Shown here piece by piece: positions 26,667 through 39,639 of a DNA stretch of 64,000 bases. The position numbers and the translations under genes are program-made. Within the stretch, counting starts at the first letter, position 1; the number at the start of each line of letters is the position of its first letter. Source of the stretch: Eledone cirrhosa (lineage: Eukaryota); contig OZ024756.1 of the NCBI GenBank assembly GCA_964016885.1, forward strand, positions 19,468,001-19,532,000. Reading direction: 5' to 3'. A model generated the notes under the pieces. It was not told where the DNA came from. It ran no database searches and worked only from the letters and a program-made list of their open reading frames with translations.

Positions 26667-28600
26667 CTGCACACACGCATTTATCTTCTTTCTCATATCA
26701 TCCAGAGTTCGTCGTTTAATTACTCGATTCGAGTACATAATGTACATACCTATTATATTATGCATAGTCGCGTACACGCATATATGTATATTTTTATATT
26801 TATTTATATATATAATTATATGTGGCACAAATTATCCGTGTGTGGTAAAGAAAGTAGTGTAAGAGTTGATATATTATATATTTATGTTCATACTCAGAAC
26901 AAAAAAGGGCTACCTTAGTTTTCAAGGCCCAGTTATGGCCACCTCTCCGTACTGTGTATGGGTCTGGTAAGATGGTCATTACTAGACATTGAAACCAAAG
27001 TTAGCGCTTTTCTATTCTGTGTATGAACGTAAACAAAGAATATGTAAACACACACACACAAATATATATATATTATATATATATATTAACTAGAAATTGA
27101 TTGACATATATATATATATATATATAAAATAAACATATGAAACAATCACAGGATCTATTCATTGGAACTTGGAGCATATTCTACAGTGGATATGGTACAT
27201 GTCTCTCCGACATGACACCCTTAATTTAATTTGGGATATATATATATAAATGAGAAAACTCATTGCTAGAACAGTCGTTAAAACAGCCAAATGCCGTCAA
27301 AGAAAGCGATGGGTAAAAATACCTCAGGTGACAGACCTGCAGCCAGTGGTCAACGGAGAGAAATTCCACGAGATGTGTGACAGGCAGATGATATATATAT
27401 ATATATACAATATATATATATATACAACGTTAAATAGCTTTGATTTTATTTTGTAAAGATTACAATTAATTGAAACGCGATTAAAAATATCAATATATAT
27501 GTATATTAATCGATCGATAAGACCCTAAACCTTATTCGCTTAACCAATGGGGTGGAGCTTATCAAATCGGACCGAGGAAACAATGTTTCCATTGGTCTTT
27601 CCAATTGGCAATACTATCTGTCGGCCGTAGCTCCAGGCAGAAGGAGCAACGTTAAATAAAACGTTAAATAAATTGCCCGGTCTGGGAATTGAAATCAACC
27701 TTACGATTTCGAATCCAATTCTCTAACCACTCAACCACGCGCCTTCACAATTAATAATTGTTTCTACGTTTGGCACAAGGCCAACAATTACCCAGTGCAT
27801 TACTGCTACTTTATTTTATCGACCCCGTAAAGATGAAAGGCAAGGTTAAACTCGACGGGATTTGAACTCAGAATGGCAAGGGCCGTAACTCTATGCGCCA
27901 AAGCATGGCGTCCGACCCTCTACCGATACTGCCAAAGGAGATTAATAATGAGTTCTAGTATAGGCACAAGGCCAGTAAATTTTTTTTTTTTGGGGGGGGT
28001 CAATTAAATCGACCCAGTACGTTACTGGTGCTTTATTTTATCTACCCTGTAAGGATGAAAGGCAAAGTTAACCCCAGCGGGATTTGAACTCAGACCGTAA
28101 AGGCATCATGTCCGACTCTCTACCGATTCTGCTAATCCACTGCCTTCATAATTAATAATAACCCTATAAATATTTTAACGTGGCTCTATGGTCAGGAAGT
28201 TGTCAGTGAGATAACCTGAAGATTGAAACAGGCCAAAACTCTTTGAATGGATTTGGTGAACAGAGAATAGTTTTGGTCTGCCTGGGGAAACAGCGAGAAA
28301 ACACCAACTCGCACGCGCATACAAACTGTCACACACCGTACACACACCCATACATACAACATAGATTACCTCCCCTTGACTAGATTTTCATGAAAGTCTG
28401 CACACACGCATTTCTATTCTAATGGCCAGTCTTTTTTTTCTCTCAATTCGTCCGAGTCTCGTCGTTCATTTTACTTGTGTTGCACATCGAGTGGATCGTG
28501 TTCGATTAGTTGACATGTGCAAACTAGAATATATATACATATATGTATAGAAGTACAACACTCTCTCTCTCTCTCACTCCCCCCTCTGTATATGATAAAT

Positions 28601-29132
28601 CAGAGGCGGTGGAACTGGGGTGGGGGTATGTCAGAGTGGGGCATGTCCCTGCGGTGGAACTGGGGTGGGGTGGGGGTAGGGCAGAGTGGGGCATGTCCCT
28701 TCCCCAATAATTATATTTTTCTCTCCAAACTACAAAAACACACATCTATTTGTATATGTACTACACTTTATGTACAGTTTATGTTATGTTTATCGCATAT
28801 CGAAGTTTTTTATATCTTGGTTGATATTTGATAATAACAGTGTAATATATTATGTTAACTTTCATACTAAATTTGTTTATCATGTCATAACTTTTTCTCG
28901 GCGTATCACTATTTGCCAATTGCCAGTGTGGAGTATTTAGAGACAGATGTCGTAGGTCAATTTGCTATAATCACTTTATAATTATTGGAAGCTGTAAATG
29001 TAATATGACTTGTTTGGACTGAAATTGTATTTTCTGACCATTTTAGAGGGCAAAGAGCTAAATTAATCACTACAACTAAATTGACCAAATTTTCCCCCAC
29101 TCCCCAATTTAGAACTGCTTCCACCGCCCCTG
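28601..29132. mobile_element. TIR MITE (hAT-like ends)
   Basis: cagaggcggtggaa ... ttccaccgcccctg; no clear TSD. Confidence 0.55.
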
Positions 29133-29387
29133 ATATGTATGTATGTATGATGTAGCCCAGTCTTCTTTTGGGGCAAATGCATTCGATGTTCAGAGAGTAG
29201 GATTGGCTCCTTGCAAAGCCGTTCCTCACTTTAAAAAGCTTCAAGCACAGGCATCGCTTGATATGTGACATATTTTGCGATGCATGGTGTCGCTGGTCAT
29301 AAGCAATTCCCTAGCAGGACTAAAAAGCCTCATCCGCGATGCTCGTGCTTAAGTATCAAGCGATGGCATTACTAAAAATATGTATGT

Positions 29388-30173
29388 ATGCGAGACCTGG
29401 GTCACATATCGACACCACCTTAAACAATTGGAGCGTTTCCACCAGATGTGTCTCAGACAGATCCATGGCGTTCACTGGAGGGACCACATCAGTGATGCCG
29501 AGATTTTGGAAAGCTCTCTGTGTGAAAGTATAGAAGCTCTCGTGCTTAAGCAAAAACTCCGATGGAGTGGTCACCTTGCCAGGATGAAGGATTCTAGAAT
29601 ACCGAAACAACTCTTTTATAGAGAGTTAGTTAACGGAAAATGACCTCCAAATAAACACCAAAAAGAGGTATAAGGATTCGTTGAAAGCCTCTTTGAAAGA
29701 CGCTAATATCTCTGCAGATACATGGGAAAGCGTAGCTGCTGATCGTAATAAGTGGAGAAAGACTGTACATGGGGGGGAAAGTTGCTTTTGAGGCATACGA
29801 GAAAGTAAAAAGGGATGTGAGGAAGGGCATTGCTGTTGCATTTCCAAACAGCGAAGGTCCTCCTATGGCGCTGACATGCAGCGTCTGTGCGAAACTCTGC
29901 CTCAGCAAAGCTAGATTCGAAAGTCATCTTCGCAGTCATAAAGTGAGACCAGTGGTTGACTACCAGGCTGCTGTTGGAGATGCTACTCATCATGGCTGCC
30001 AAGCATGTGGAAGAGAATGTAGATCAACAGGATGGCTCAAACGACATGCAAAAGTACATGAAATCCAACCACAGCCGGTTATTGCCAGTGAATGTTTTGG
30101 TTGCCAACTCTGTGCAAGACATTTTAGATCATTGGCTGGGCTAAAAAGCCACATTCGATCGCAGCGCTGTTAG
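29388..30173 (+). mobile_element. RTE/BovB-like LINE 3' fragment with three C-terminal C2H2 fingers
   Basis: CETWVTYRHHLKQLERFHQMCLR...LRWSGHLARMKDSRIPKQLFY...; then CSVCAKLCLSKARFESHLRSH, CQACGRECRSTGWLKRHAKVH and CQLCARHFRSLAGLKSHIRSQ; stops and frameshifts present. Confidence 0.85.
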
Positions 30174-30507
30174 TTGCTATCGTGTGTGTGTGTGTGTGTG
30201 TGTGTGTATAGATATGCTTATGTGTGTGCGTGTATGTGTATATATATATGTATATGTATATTATTATTGTTGTTGTCGTTATTCCTTGAATCTCAGTCAT
30301 TGATGTTGGTTAACTGGAACGTCCGTTGGATTGAATATCAAGCCACTACCTGCAGTCTCAGATATTCAGGACGTATCGGAGGGTTCTTGCTGTTCCAAGC
30401 AAGCATGCCTTTTGAAGCGTTCCAAAAAGCGCGAAGGGGCCGATTTTCTTTAACCATCCCTGGAAACTTTTGGAGATAGTCCCCAGTGCGCCTCGTTATT
30501 ATTATTG

Positions 30508-30539
<32 letters not shown>

Positions 30540-30744
30540 GTTATTAATGTATGTGTGTGTGTATATGTGTGTGTGTGTATATGTGTATGTATGCGTGTAT
30601 GTATATATATACATATATATTTTTTATTTTTATTTTCTTTTTTATTTATTTATTAATTTTTTTTTTCTCCTCGTGCAATGGCCATACTCGATAACGAGGG
30701 GGCAGGCATCATCGTGTATGTATGTATGTATGTATGTATGTATG

Positions 30745-30775
<31 letters not shown>

Positions 30776-30860
30776 CGGAAGGAGTGAGGAATGCATATTT
30801 ATACTTTCTAGTTATTTTGGATGAGTTGAGACATTTAACTATACTTGTTATAGCATATAC

Positions 30861-31308
30861 TAGCAGAATGACCCGGTGTTGCTCGGGATTCTAAACATAG
30901 ATTGGCATGTTTATCCCTCCTTTCTGAAACAGTACAGAGAAGTACTGAATACCTCGGCCTTGCGACCGTCGAATAGCAGATTCCACTGACGATTCGTTTG
31001 CCCGCCTTGTTCTTTTTATTGCCGCTTTCGCAGTATTTCGACCAATGGAGTATCTCTTCCTTCGAGGCATGACCTAAAAGCAGGACGAAGTATACTAAGA
31101 CTAACTGGTAGAGTAAAGAATAAACTCGTCAGTGATGCATGTGATTTCCGAACCGTTGACTATGTAATTGCTGGCCTTGTGCCAAAAGTAGTGGAACTTT
31201 TTGGGTGGCATATCGGCAGTAACAATGACGATAAGCCGTCTGTGCTTTCGTGAAATAAATACGTTTGTTTATATTTTGTTTTTGTGTATGCAAAAAATAT
31301 CTGTAGAC

Positions 31309-31387
<79 letters not shown>

Positions 31388-31463
31388 AAGTAATTCCGTC
31401 GGAAAAGTCCAGGAAAAAAGAGTGCTCTATGTAGGTAACAGAGCTTAATAGTTGTTTATTACA

Positions 31464-31538
<75 letters not shown>

Positions 31539-32055
31539 TTTCTGAATTTGTTTAGCAAGATTCTTTATCTGAAATCGTGTGTTGAAACCGATATTGTTAT
31601 ACTTTGGGAGGGTCATGTTGCCAATAAGAAACACACGCACCAGTTGCTTTCACTTCAATTTATTATAATAAATTTATAAATTTAGGAATTTATAAATTTC
31701 TGGTTGGTTTGTTGGTTGGTTCCACGACCAGATAGTTGTTTATATATTGTCAAAGTTTTTTCGTCACACATTCTGTGACCTTTTCAGTGACTGGGGATTC
31801 TTTTTTTTGTTTTTGTGCCTCTCCTTTGTTCTGTCCTACGCCATTTTGTTTCAACAAGAATCCCCAGTCACTGAAAAGGTCACAGAATGTGTGACGAAAG
31901 AACTTTGACAATATATAAACAACTATCTGGTTGTGGAACCAACCAACCAACCAGAAATTTATAAATTCCTAAATTTATAAATTTATTATAATAAATTGAA
32001 GTGAAAGCAACTGGTGCGTGTGTTTCTTATTGGCAACATGACCCTCCCAAAGTAT

Positions 32056-32129
<74 letters not shown>

Positions 32130-32660
32130 GTAAGTATGTATGTATACGTACATACATATATGTATACAGACGTACAGTAGCATGCATATATATATATATA
32201 TACATACAGGTACACATACATATATGTACGTATCAGTTTAGCACAGTCTGTATACATATATGTATGTACGTATACATACATACTTACATTTAAGTAAGTG
32301 CCGTACTAAGAGTGAGAAATGAAATTTCGTTTTCATTTTATTACAACTTATCGTTTTCGGTATGCCTGGCCGAACTCACTCGATATGCAAATTAGGCAGC
32401 TCAGCCGTTAATTTTCATAAGGAAAGTATATACTTTCGAACGTTCAACCATCTGGCAGAAGGGTATACGGTGCTGATGATAGCTAACAAGCTTGAAACTA
32501 GTACATCGTTTCTGTGTCAGTGTTGAACAAAAAGGTGACGTGGTTGCCTTAACACCGTACGGCATAAATTCAGGCTGTTCAGTTTGTTTACAAACGAACA
32601 AAGCGGGCGTTATAATAAGCGTCCGCTAAACTGATACGTACATATATGTATGTGTACCTG

Positions 32661-32752
<92 letters not shown>

Positions 32753-33102
32753 TGCTACTGTACGTCTGTATACATATATGTATGTACGTATACATACATA
32801 CTTACATTTAAGTAAGTGCCGTACTAAGAGTGAGAAATGAAATTTCGTTTTCATTTTATTACAACTTATATATATATATAAAAATAACAGATTAAAGTTT
32901 AAGCAAAGAATCGCTGCTTTCACCCTTAACGGGCATAATGTCCCTAGGGCATTGAAAATTTGAAATATTTTTGCTCAAAACACTCACACGACCATAAGTA
33001 TTACCTGTGTAAAGTTTGAAAAAAATCGGTTGGGTGGTTCTCAAGTTTTAGGGAGTCAGATAGACAGACAGACATGCATTCTGTTTTAGATAGATAGATA
33101 AG
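30861..33102 (-). mobile_element. Probable interrupted Helitron-type element
   Basis: 30861-30890 is the reverse complement of the same hairpin+CTAG end as 13222-13252. 32936-33102 resembles a non-autonomous Helitron 5' part. The interior is filled by PLE pieces. Confidence 0.45.
31591..32064. mobile_element. Inverted pair of PLE terminal repeats (palindrome, ~210-bp arms)
   Basis: Arms 31591-31802 and 31856-32064 are near-perfect reverse complements. Each carries a hammerhead-like motif reading CTGAAAA. Flanked by (TA)n. Confidence 0.85.
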
Positions 33103-33188
33103 AATACAATCTTATCATTGTAAAATAAGGCTTCCAAGAAATACCTTTGTCCGTGGTGATTGCTACATGTTCAAAATACTCACCTTAC

Positions 33189-33367
33189 TTCCTCCCCTAG
33201 GTCAAATTCCTCAAACAATATTTGTAGATTCTCGAACGAATATTTTTCGGACAGTTCCCGATTTACAACTGGTAGAGTGGGTATATCATCTGGCATAGCT
33301 GCTATAACTCTAAACTCTACCGTGTCTGTGAATGTCACTGATCCTTTCAACATTTTTTGTGTGGTTT
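33189..33367 (-). CDS. LRRC74-like gene, putative first coding exon (ATG at 33353)
   Basis: ttttcag acceptor, then open frame (E)TTQKMLKGSVTF...LQILFEEFDLGEE|gtaagg. Unique non-repeat sequence. An alternative gtgagt donor lies 5 nt downstream. Confidence 0.55.
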
Positions 33368-34214
33368 CTGAAAAAACCCAGAGACGGAATATACATTTTA
33401 GCTCCTGTGTATGTCTGTCGAGGCACGTGACCAAGTAGTAAGTGTGTTAGACTTACGAGCATAATGTCGTCGGTTCGATTCCTGGACTAGGTTGTGTTGA
33501 CGGTGTTCATGAGCAAAACACTTCCTTTCAGTGAAGGTGCGTGGCCTAGTTGGTAAGGGTGTTGAACTTACGAGCATAATGCCGAGGGTTCGATTCTTGG
33601 GCTGGGTTGGTTGTGTGGTTGTGTTCTTGAGCAAAACACTTCATTTCACGTTGCTCCAGTATATTCAGCCGAAAATGAGTACCAGCAATGACTAGGGGTT
33701 TAACCCTTCGATTAACCGGAGTCCTGTCCAGGGGGAAGTCTTGTACTCTCAGTCGTTTCATGTCACGAAAACCAGGATTAGCACTGGCTTGATGAGTTTC
33801 CGAGTTCGAGTGCGTATGTAAGGCATTTGTAATGTTATTTATGTATATATTTAAAACATATTTGTTATGTTATTCTACTGTAAATTTATTTATATGCTTT
33901 GTGTAATAAAATTAGCAGCTTTCTTGTTTAAGCATTCATTCCTGATATACATAAACAAAACCTTATCCACACACACACACACACACATTTATATATTCAT
34001 TTTAAAATGAGAAAACTCATCGCTAGAACAGCCGTTAAAACGGCCAAATGCTGACAGCGATGGTCAAAAATACCTAAGAGGACAGAGACCAGCAGCCAGT
34101 TGTCGACGGAGAGGAATGATGTGTGTATGTATGTGTGATCTGTGGAGTGATCTGTGTATGTATGTGTGATATGTATGTATGAGGTGTGTGTGTCAGTGTG
34201 TGTGTATACAGGAC

Positions 34215-34600
34215 AAGTATTCGAAGAAGGTAGATCCCTCATCTGGGACACCACATGTGATAAATTTTCCGCCTCCAACATAGTCCCCTCAGCCACACAC
34301 CCCAGTACCACGGCCCGCAATGCAGAGGACAGGAAGATTAAAAAAATATCGGGGGAATTGTCTGGCCGCTTCCTCATCGCACTGGTCGCCGTCGAGACCT
34401 CAGGTCCCTCTCGGACCCCCCCCCCCGCAAGGCCGAGCTCCTCCGCAAGATCGGAACATTAGCAGCCCGTCTGAGGAAGGAACCCTGCGATGCTGGGTGG
34501 TTGTTGCAGTGGGTGTCTTTGACCATTGTCCGCGGAAATACTTTTGCAGTTTTTTTTCCCGTATGGCGCAGCCCCACTCCACCGCACCCCATGCCCAGAG
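34215..34600 (+). mobile_element. RLE-type (CRE/NeSL-like) non-LTR retrotransposon 3' fragment; inverted relative at 35325-35580
   Basis: GRSLIWDTTC...ARNAEDRKIKK...RFLIALVAVETSGP and (minus) RFLFAPVAIETSGVLEPRT match the WDxT/AExK/VETxG pattern of restriction-like endonucleases. Confidence 0.65.
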
Positions 34601-35976
34601 CCCACCACCCTCTCCCCATTTTTATCTGTGGTCCTAGACTCCTTGCTTTCCCACTCCTTTTCCTCTCATAGCTTTTATAGTCATTTCCTCTACTTTTCCA
34701 TACAGCCAGGTCTGCCCTTCTTTACCCCTTCCTCATTTTCTCATTAGAGACTACATTGATCAAAACATAGTCTTTGTCTATCTTAATATTAATCCAGTAT
34801 ATATTGGCAGTATCGGTAGAGCGTCAGACACTATGCTTTACAGCATAGAGTTATGGCCCTTTACATTCTGAGTTCAAATCCTTCCGAGGTTAGCTTTGCC
34901 TTTCATCCTTACGGGGGTAAATAAAATAAAGCACCAGTAATTCACTAGGGTAATTGCTTGCCTTGTGCCATAAGTAGAAACAATTGTATATATTGGCAGT
35001 ATCGGTAGAGCGTCAGACACCATGCTTTACAGCATAGAGTTATGGTCCTTTACCTTCTGAATTCAAATCCTTCCGAGGTTAGCTTTGCCTTTCATCCTTA
35101 TGGGGTCAATAAAATAAAGCACCAGTAATTCACTGGGGTTATTGCTGGCCATGTGCCAAAAGTAGAAACAATTATTATTCCATAGTTGTTTACATGCCTT
35201 GTATTTTTACACAGTTTTGTTGTAGAAAACTCAAGTGTCCTTTGTGGTTATGAGAACGGAAAAGGAAAGGAAAAGCAAGGGCTCTAGGGTCACAGAAGAA
35301 TGAGGAGCGGGAAGAGGGAGGATGATGTGCTCTAGTCCTTGGGCGCGGTGGTATTGAGGCTGCGCCACACGGACAAGGCCACAAAAGCATTCCCGCGGAC
35401 AATGGCCAGTGACACCTGCTGCAACAACCACCCCACCTCGCGACGTGACTCCCTTCCTCAGACAGGCTGCTGACGTTCTGATCTTGCGGAGGAGCTCGGC
35501 AGTACGTGGTTCAAGTACACCTGAGGTTTCGATGGCGACCGGTGCGAAGAGGAAACGATTGGACAATCTCTCGTATTTAATTATTTGTTAAAACAGAAGA
35601 ATGCTGAACCGATGGCTTTAGGAAGACTTTGATATATAAAGATTTTTCTAAATTATTCGACAACGCATAATAAAGTGAAAATAACAGTTGATATAAAAGT
35701 TACCAAATTTACCTTCCATGGTTATTTTATATTTATATATATCATAGAGCTCTCCCGGCTCTACCACCTCCTCCTTTTCCTCATTTTCCCCCTCTCCATT
35801 ATGACGTCACCTTCCATGAAATAGCAGCTCCATAAAATTCAATATTTAAACTGTCAATGAAGTTGAATTTAAGAGAACATTTTCCACGGGAAAATAGATC
35901 TAATGTCTACTTATATATCATATATATATATATATATATATACTTCGTTTTCGAATTTGTTGGCAACATGACCCTC

Positions 35977-36017
<41 letters not shown>

Positions 36018-36019
<2 letters not shown>

Positions 36020-36570
36020 TTCGCCCACTTATTCCCGAGACCGTGGTGGGAGCAGAGTCCTTAAACAGTCCTTCCAGAAGCAACCGTCTCCGGCTGGATC
36101 CCCGAGCGTGACCGGCCAAGCTCATGGATGTTATCCAACCATCTTGCTCGGGGTCTACCTCTGGGTCTCTCGCCGGTTAGTTTTGCCCGTAAAATCTTTC
36201 CTGAGATATAACCACAGAGTATTCTAACCTCCATAGTATCGGAGTTGTGATATCTCAATTTGGAGAAGTAGCGGCTCTACCTGGAGCGACTCTCTGATCT
36301 CCGAGCTACAGATCTGTCGAGCGATTCTTTCCTGAGACATTCTAACCACATGTCCATTGTATCGGAGCTGTGATCTCTCAATTCGGAGAAGTAGCGGCTC
36401 TACCTGGAGTGACTCTCTGATCTCCGAGCTACAGATCTGTCGAGCGATTCTTTCCTGAGACATTCTAACCACATGTCCATTGTATCGGAGCTGTGATCTC
36501 TCAATTCGGAGAAGTAGCGGCTCTACCTGGAGTGACTCGGATCCCTGAGTTACGTACTTTATTCAATATT
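36018..36570 (-). mobile_element. RTE-type LINE 3' fragment with an internal 120-bp tandem duplication
   Basis: IRESLQVEPLLLRIERSQLRYNGHVVRMSQERIARQI repeated ~2.5 times; RPRGRPRARWLD. Confidence 0.75.
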
Positions 36571-38204
36571 AGAAAAAAACCCTGAATATTTTGCTGCCTG
36601 AACCGTCCTTAACAACAGGATATTTAACTGTTAATAACTTAATCGTCTGCTTTAAACTCCTGACGAACCAAGGATTGTAATGCGCATAGAACTTCTCTTA
36701 TCTTACCAAAGATAATAGTGAAGTACCATACTATAATCACATATTATATATATATATACAGGGTGCCCCCCAAAAAGCATACACATTTTGATTAGAATGC
36801 TGTATGCAAATGTGTATACATTTTTTGGGAGAACCTATATATATAATAATTGTTTCTACTTTAGGCACAAGGCCAGCAATTATCCCAGTGCATTTCTGGT
36901 ACTTTATTTTATATATATAATAATAATAATAATAAATATAATCTGAGTTTTTCGAATATTAATAATAATATTCGATTCGTTTGCATAATTGCAAACGAAT
37001 CGAATATTATTTATATTCGAAAAACTCAGATTACATTTATTGTATTCAGTCATGTAAAGCGAAAATTTTATATATACATATATATTGTTATACTTGGGGA
37101 GGATCATATTGTTGTTATATTGCCAGAAATAACAACAGAACACATTCACTGTTTGGTTTGGGTTGCTTTTCGTTCTGTATCTTTTATATGTTCATAGTTA
37201 ATTTATCTGGCAATTAATGTTTATCATTGATTGCCATATATATATATATATAGTGAAAGAGTGACGAATAACATGGTAAACAGTACAAGAAGGGTTTTAT
37301 TTACAGTATTAACAACTGTTTTATTGATTAAGTTGTCTTAAAATTGCTAATCACTTGAAGTTGTGTCACTCAATTTTAAATACGATGTATGCTTAATCAA
37401 ATCATCAGAAAAATTATAAATATACATATATAAATACAAGTAAAGAGGAAGGCTGTGTGGTTACTGTAAACAAAGTGTAAGATGGTAATAGGGACGTAAA
37501 CAAGAGAAGAAATGTAGCCCTTCATCAGCTGTTTACTGCGGATCATAGATGTTAACAGGACATCGATCGGCAGCGCGCCCGAGGCCTTTTAACCATCAAA
37601 AGGCCATGAGGGAAAAAAATGATATATATATATATATATATCAAGGTCAACTCTATCTTTCATCCATTTAAAGTCGATAAAAAAGTACCAGTCTAGTACT
37701 GGGGGGGGGGGGGGGGGGTCGATTCTTCCTCTATATCTCTTTCTCACTTCCATTCTATCACTCTCTATCCTTCTCTGAACGAAATCTTCTGTATTGAAAT
37801 ATTCAAACCTGGAGAGGAGGTGGGCTTTTCTAGGTTTAAAAAAACGCTCTAGTAACGCTGTATGTTAATACAGCGCCTCGCCGACTTCCCCTGCTGTAAC
37901 GGGACCATGCATATATATATATATATATATACATGTTTATTTTAGGTTATTTTACTTGAAGCAAGTTTATTTTAGGTTACTTTACTAGGAATCTACCCCT
38001 AGTTAGCTTAGTAAAATTTTAGCTATCATTCATTGAGATTTCTGTATATCAGTGACAAATAACCTTCTGTGTGATACATATAAAAATAGGATATGATTCC
38101 AGTTCCTCTGAGAAATAACAACCCAACCAGGAACTGGGCATATCGGAGTATTGACGGAGTTAAACACCTCAACATGTGTACCCGTCTCTACCACACCAAT
38201 TCGG

Positions 38205-38259
38205 ACTGCCTGAAGAAGTCACAGCCAAAGATGGCTGTCACCGAAATATATATAGCAGT
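38205..38259 (+). ncRNA. Minimal type I hammerhead ribozyme motif (PLE-associated)
   Basis: actgc-CTGAAGA-agtcacagcca(aaga)tggctgtcacc-GAAA-tatata-TA-gcagt: 5-bp stem I, intact core, long stem II with two mismatches, palindromic stem III. Confidence 0.7.
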
Positions 38260-39639
38260 ACACCTTTAATAAACGAAGCCAAAGTTTAAATATTTGACTT
38301 ATTTATTTTATTTTACATTACTCCGGAGTAACCAAACCAACCTGCGCACTTCGTCGAGTGCTCCAATCTGCATACTGAGGTGTCGGTAAACAACCAACAT
38401 ATACTCAACATTTATATATATATATAGAAAGAATAACCTTTCTGTGCTCCAACACACTTCTTGTCCTCTTTCAATCTTTTCTATATATCATCTGCCTGTC
38501 ACCCATCTTGTGGATTGTCTCTCTGTTGACCACTGGTCCCTTGTTACTGTCCTCCGAGGTATTATTGCCCAACGCTGTCTTTCACAGCATTTAGGTTGTT
38601 CTAGCGATGAGTTTTCTCATTTCTTATATATTCAAGTACACTCTTGCTTCGTCTCAATCAGAGATATCATTGTTTTTTTCATTTATATATATATAATACA
38701 AATAATATTCAGGAAAAAATATACAAATAAGGTGGAAAAAGCTATATTTCCTGACAGTACTGTTTCACAGTTCCAAGAGACATTAGCGAAGTGGAAATTC
38801 GATTATCGATTCCGGTAAAGGCCAAAAAAAAGACAAGGAGCTTTTCATAAAAGGAATTGTCTTTAGATATGTTCCACACTGTACAAAATACCTTTACATC
38901 TGTTGAGAGGCGCCAGTCTGAACTGTCGGAATAAACTAGACTCATGAAAACATTTACACGGTTTCCAGCCGGTAATAACTTCCAAATTGCCAATAAACAA
39001 CAACAACAATATGCATGTCTGTTGAAGGATTTTAAATCCAAAAGTAATGACTACAGTTAACCGTTTAGCATTTACATTACTCTGTATTTACTATTATATT
39101 TTCATGGTAAAGGCTTTACCTTACATAACATTTACATTACTCTGTATTTACTATTATATTTTCATGGTAAAGGCTTTACCTTACATAACATTTACATTAC
39201 TCTGTATTTACTATTATATTTTCATGGCTTTATCTCACATAATATCGAATCTATGAAATTTTTATATTAATTTTGAGAACAATACCGTAACATCAGTATG
39301 AGCAGCAGCCAGTTTGAACAGAAAGAGGTGAGAGACTGATGGCTGGATATGGCTGGTTTAAATGCTAAAGGGTTAACATACCCAGCAGAAAGGCTCAGAA
39401 TCAATAGTTAGGCATCTAACTATTGTTAGGTGTACACCTATCTTGACACCAATAACCCCTTTTAGAGCTTCTTATATCATGCAGTGATACTAATTTAAAC
39501 AGAATACATAGGCTATCATTTATATATTCCAAAGTCCTCTCAAGCAAAATATAGTACACTCAGTTGTAGGGAAGACCAGTCTTTAATTGGGGAGGGGGAA
39601 TCGATAGACAATATCCCAGACCTCATTTGCTTAACAATT

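Noticed and set aside
35713-35809. ATG GAA G|gtaaat micro start exon (phase fits exon 33367) and a TGACGTCA CRE site at 35802
   Set aside because: It lies in a (TA)n-bounded segment whose aaggtaa..taacttttatat motif recurs inverted near 25930-25960, so it is probably a dispersed repeat. It cannot be supported without transcripts.
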